Part shown: piece after piece, positions 57,590 to 59,990 of the stretch
Layout of the letters: each line of letters begins with the position of its first letter
How positions within the stretch are numbered: the stretch's first letter is position 1
Virus record (IMG/VR): IMGVR_UViG_3300047095_000623
Span: 1-59,990 of that record
From: a virus
Taxonomy: Duplodnaviria > Caudoviricetes
Strand: one strand, 5' to 3'
Length of the DNA: 59,990 bases
The notes under the pieces: model-generated
What the model saw: the letters and a program-made list of their open reading frames with translations, nothing else
What the model was told of the DNA's origin: nothing
Databases searched by the model: none
Program-made: the position numbers and the translations under genes

Positions 57590-57970
57590 TTACACCGCCA
57601 CTTCAACAATGGTTTCCGGTTCATCGGTAGTTTCCGCTTCACCATCCACCGACACGCCTTGCGCGGCAAGTTTAGCTTGGACCTTGGCAAGCTTCCGCTC
57701 AAGAGTTGCCTTGAGCTTTTCTTCGGGAGTCAGTACAACCTTCTCCTGCTTAACCTTCACCAAACCAAGAGTCTTGGCAAGGACTGCGAAAGTGTCAACT
57801 TCCACGCCATCGGCCAAACCAATACGGTTGTTTGTGGCAATCTCAATAAGAAGACGAACCACGCCCTTGTCACCAAGGTTCAGTTCTTCTTTCAGAGTAT
57901 TGATAATGCCCTTGTCTGCTTCGTTGGTATTCACCACGAACTGTTTTGTTTTGTTTGCTGTATCACTCAT
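57590..57970 (-). CDS. hypothetical protein
   Basis: Motif promoter; hairpin at 57535-57563 downstream. Confidence 0.7.
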   Translation of the reverse strand: MSDTANKTKQFVVNTNEADKGIINTLKEELNLGDKGVVRLLIEIATNNRIGLADGVEVDTFAVLAKTLGLVKVKQEKVVLTPEEKLKATLERKLAKVQAKLAAQGVSVDGEAETTDEPETIVEVAV

Positions 57971-57986
57971 ACTTTTTTATCCTATT

Positions 57987-58568
57987 CTAGTGTTTAATGT
58001 TGTTGGCTTCTAAGAGTTCTTTATGTAGAGCCACCAGATCATAAAGAGTTTGGGCGGGAAACGTCTGACACCCGACCACCACCTTGTCCACATAGACGCT
58101 GGCGTTGTATTGTTCATTGAGAGTTAAATCCTTGCTCTTCGGAGGAGCGGAGTACGCGGATAAAGGAATGTAACTTGTTAGTTTAAGTTTATCGAGTCGT
58201 ATGACCAACACAACACAAAAACCATCACGGTCAAAATCCTCTTTTATCGCGGGAGTAACGTATGCGCGATTCAGTTGTCGAATATCCATTAGAAGGGTCG
58301 CGTCCGTAACCGTACCCGTTTCATATTCTAGAGCGGCTTCATGTCCTATAAGACCCATGCCTTTCTTATATTCTTCCATCGGATCTAGAGCAATAGGCTC
58401 AAACCTTTTTCTAGAAAACCAACTAATATAGTCTCCATCCTTAGTATAAACGTCACATAGGCCGCCGTCACGACCTCCAGAAAACTGAGCAATTCTATAC
58501 ACTTCTCCTACTACCAGTTGGCCCGTCCACCCTTCTTTACACCGCATCAATGTTGTTTCTCTTTCCAT
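57987..58568 (-). CDS. VGCQ-module family protein with SH3-like N-terminus
   Basis: LNEQYNASVYVDKVVVGCQTFP. Confidence 0.8.
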   Translation of the reverse strand: MERETTLMRCKEGWTGQLVVGEVYRIAQFSGGRDGGLCDVYTKDGDYISWFSRKRFEPIALDPMEEYKKGMGLIGHEAALEYETGTVTDATLLMDIRQLNRAYVTPAIKEDFDRDGFCVVLVIRLDKLKLTSYIPLSAYSAPPKSKDLTLNEQYNASVYVDKVVVGCQTFPAQTLYDLVALHKELLEANNIKH

Positions 58569-58606
58569 GTTATTATTCTTCTAAGTTTGTCCATTCCTTT
58601 TGGTGG

Positions 58607-59173
58607 CTATTCGATTTCTTTATGCAGAGCCACCAAATCATAAAGGGTTTTAATTGGGAATTCCTGACACCCCACTTTAATTTTGTCCGCGTACACCTCG
58701 GCGGTATATTGTTCATTAAGAACCAAGGATTTGTGTATCGCTGCGGGACGACATAGTTCCAAGGGGTGATTCGCTCTACGTCTAGATTCTGATTCCGTAG
58801 TCAACACGATGCAATATTGCTTGTTGTTGAATCGCTCTCGGATATCTGGAGTATCATAATCATATACTAACTGCCGTTCATCCAATAGAAGAGTGGCGAA
58901 CATAACCTTTCGAGTAACAACGACACCCTCGGTCTGTATCTCTACCCATGTTCCGATAAGGTTTAGGGCATCGCTGTATAACTGTTTGTAGTCCGTACAA
59001 AGTTTTTCAACTATCGGACGAAACCTCTTTGAACAATATATTCCAAGATAGACTCCATTCTCGGTATAGACTTTATACATGTCCTCCATGTAATTCTGTG
59101 AAGTTACCCTATAAGTTTGTCCATGTACCAAGTCTTGGATACGCTCCACACACTCGACAAGTTTTGTTTCCAT
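58607..59173 (-). CDS. VGCQ-module family protein with SH3-like N-terminus
   Basis: LNEQYTAEVYADKIKVGCQEFP. Confidence 0.8.
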   Translation of the reverse strand: METKLVECVERIQDLVHGQTYRVTSQNYMEDMYKVYTENGVYLGIYCSKRFRPIVEKLCTDYKQLYSDALNLIGTWVEIQTEGVVVTRKVMFATLLLDERQLVYDYDTPDIRERFNNKQYCIVLTTESESRRRANHPLELCRPAAIHKSLVLNEQYTAEVYADKIKVGCQEFPIKTLYDLVALHKEIE

Positions 59174-59174
59174 A

Positions 59175-59732
59175 TTATTCTTTTTCTAAGTTTGAATCCT
59201 CCCACCAATGTTCCTCCACTTTGAAACCATCATCCATGGATTGTTCCCATTCGAATTCCTTCTGTGAATTATACGCCCATTCAAGAGTCATTGAGTAAGC
59301 AACAAACATTGCCGCTACTAATGAACCATGTGTAGAATGAACCACATAGTCTGCACCCGGTGGTTCCCAATAAGATCCCCCGGTAGTGTGGACATATCCT
59401 ACTTCAAAGGACTTCAGAGATCTATCCGCCACAATGGTAATGCCCCATTCCTTAGCTTCGATCCCCCATGGGAAGTCCCAATCACACATATCCGTAGAAA
59501 CAAACTGTAAGGTAGTATCTAGGGATTTGATATGTTCGTTGAAGTTTTTCACATCGATATCCAACCGCGCCGTGGTATGAATGAGGTTGCGAATGACTAA
59601 TTGATCTTCCGTACCATATTCATCCTCGGCGTTGTGCCAATCCTTATAGGGAGTCTTCACCCACAATTCCGACCAAACTTCACCGTCCTCACCGAACAGT
59701 TTATTTTCAAACTCGATTGTATCCAAGCTCAT
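59175..59732 (-). CDS. hypothetical acidic protein
   Basis: GGSYWEPPG; motif promoter. Confidence 0.6.
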   Translation of the reverse strand: MSLDTIEFENKLFGEDGEVWSELWVKTPYKDWHNAEDEYGTEDQLVIRNLIHTTARLDIDVKNFNEHIKSLDTTLQFVSTDMCDWDFPWGIEAKEWGITIVADRSLKSFEVGYVHTTGGSYWEPPGADYVVHSTHGSLVAAMFVAYSMTLEWAYNSQKEFEWEQSMDDGFKVEEHWWEDSNLEKE

Positions 59733-59990
59733 GGTCGTATTATACGCTAGTGTTTATTGTAGGAACCACGCGAACGCATCCTTGATAACCGTAAGGTTCA
59801 CCTGTCCATAACAGATCCATTTGACCCATGCGAAGAACCAGAAGAAGAAGTCCATGACCGCCCAAAACTTAGGCCATTCACTATTCGCAACCACGTTGAT
59901 ATGGTACCCTAGAATACCCGTAAACAACGAAATTAAAAGTAGAACGATTTGTCCTATGGACGATCCCCCCGCTATTTGTATTATTACTCA

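Noticed and set aside
1-59990. Genome-wide TAG reassignment (code 15)
   Set aside because: Long genes are intact in code 11 and the TAG stops examined are soon followed by further stops; only one convincing internal TAG was found

Overview
A 60-kb segment of a large T4-like myovirus genome. Left part (1-36.4 kb): 3' part of the gp23 major capsid gene, a split gp5-like baseplate hub/spike, a ClpP-like protease, a class II ribonucleotide reductase with a LAGLIDADG intein, an adenine MTase, vWA, HNH and MazG genes, a CoaC-like flavoprotein, a dispersed cluster of 18 tRNA/tRNA-like genes, a lysis module, rlpA plus a free-standing LAGLIDADG gene, a CCA-adding enzyme and several probable capsid-packaged proteins. 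Right part (36.7-60 kb): a minus-strand array of small genes, many directly behind a repeated TAAACACTAG-N2-(-10) promoter-like motif, with three expanded paralog families, an SF1 helicase, a SprT protease and three aberrant tRNAs. The most striking signals concern tRNA biology. (i) An amber (CUA) suppressor tRNA lies directly downstream of a gene with an in-frame TAG at codon 5. (ii) Two adjacent tRNAs each carry a 35-38 nt hairpin insert in the anticodon. (iii) There is a D-armless tRNA-Arg and an unclassifiable cloverleaf. (iv) There is a stand-alone GluRS anticodon-binding-like protein and a CCA enzyme with a capsid-targeting-like N-terminus. Other highlights are a 13-member family sharing a C-terminal VGCQ module, apparently leaderless transcription from two promoter classes, and a homing endonuclease that appears to have replaced the 3' end of rlpA. 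All assignments come from manual motif recognition; no searches were run.
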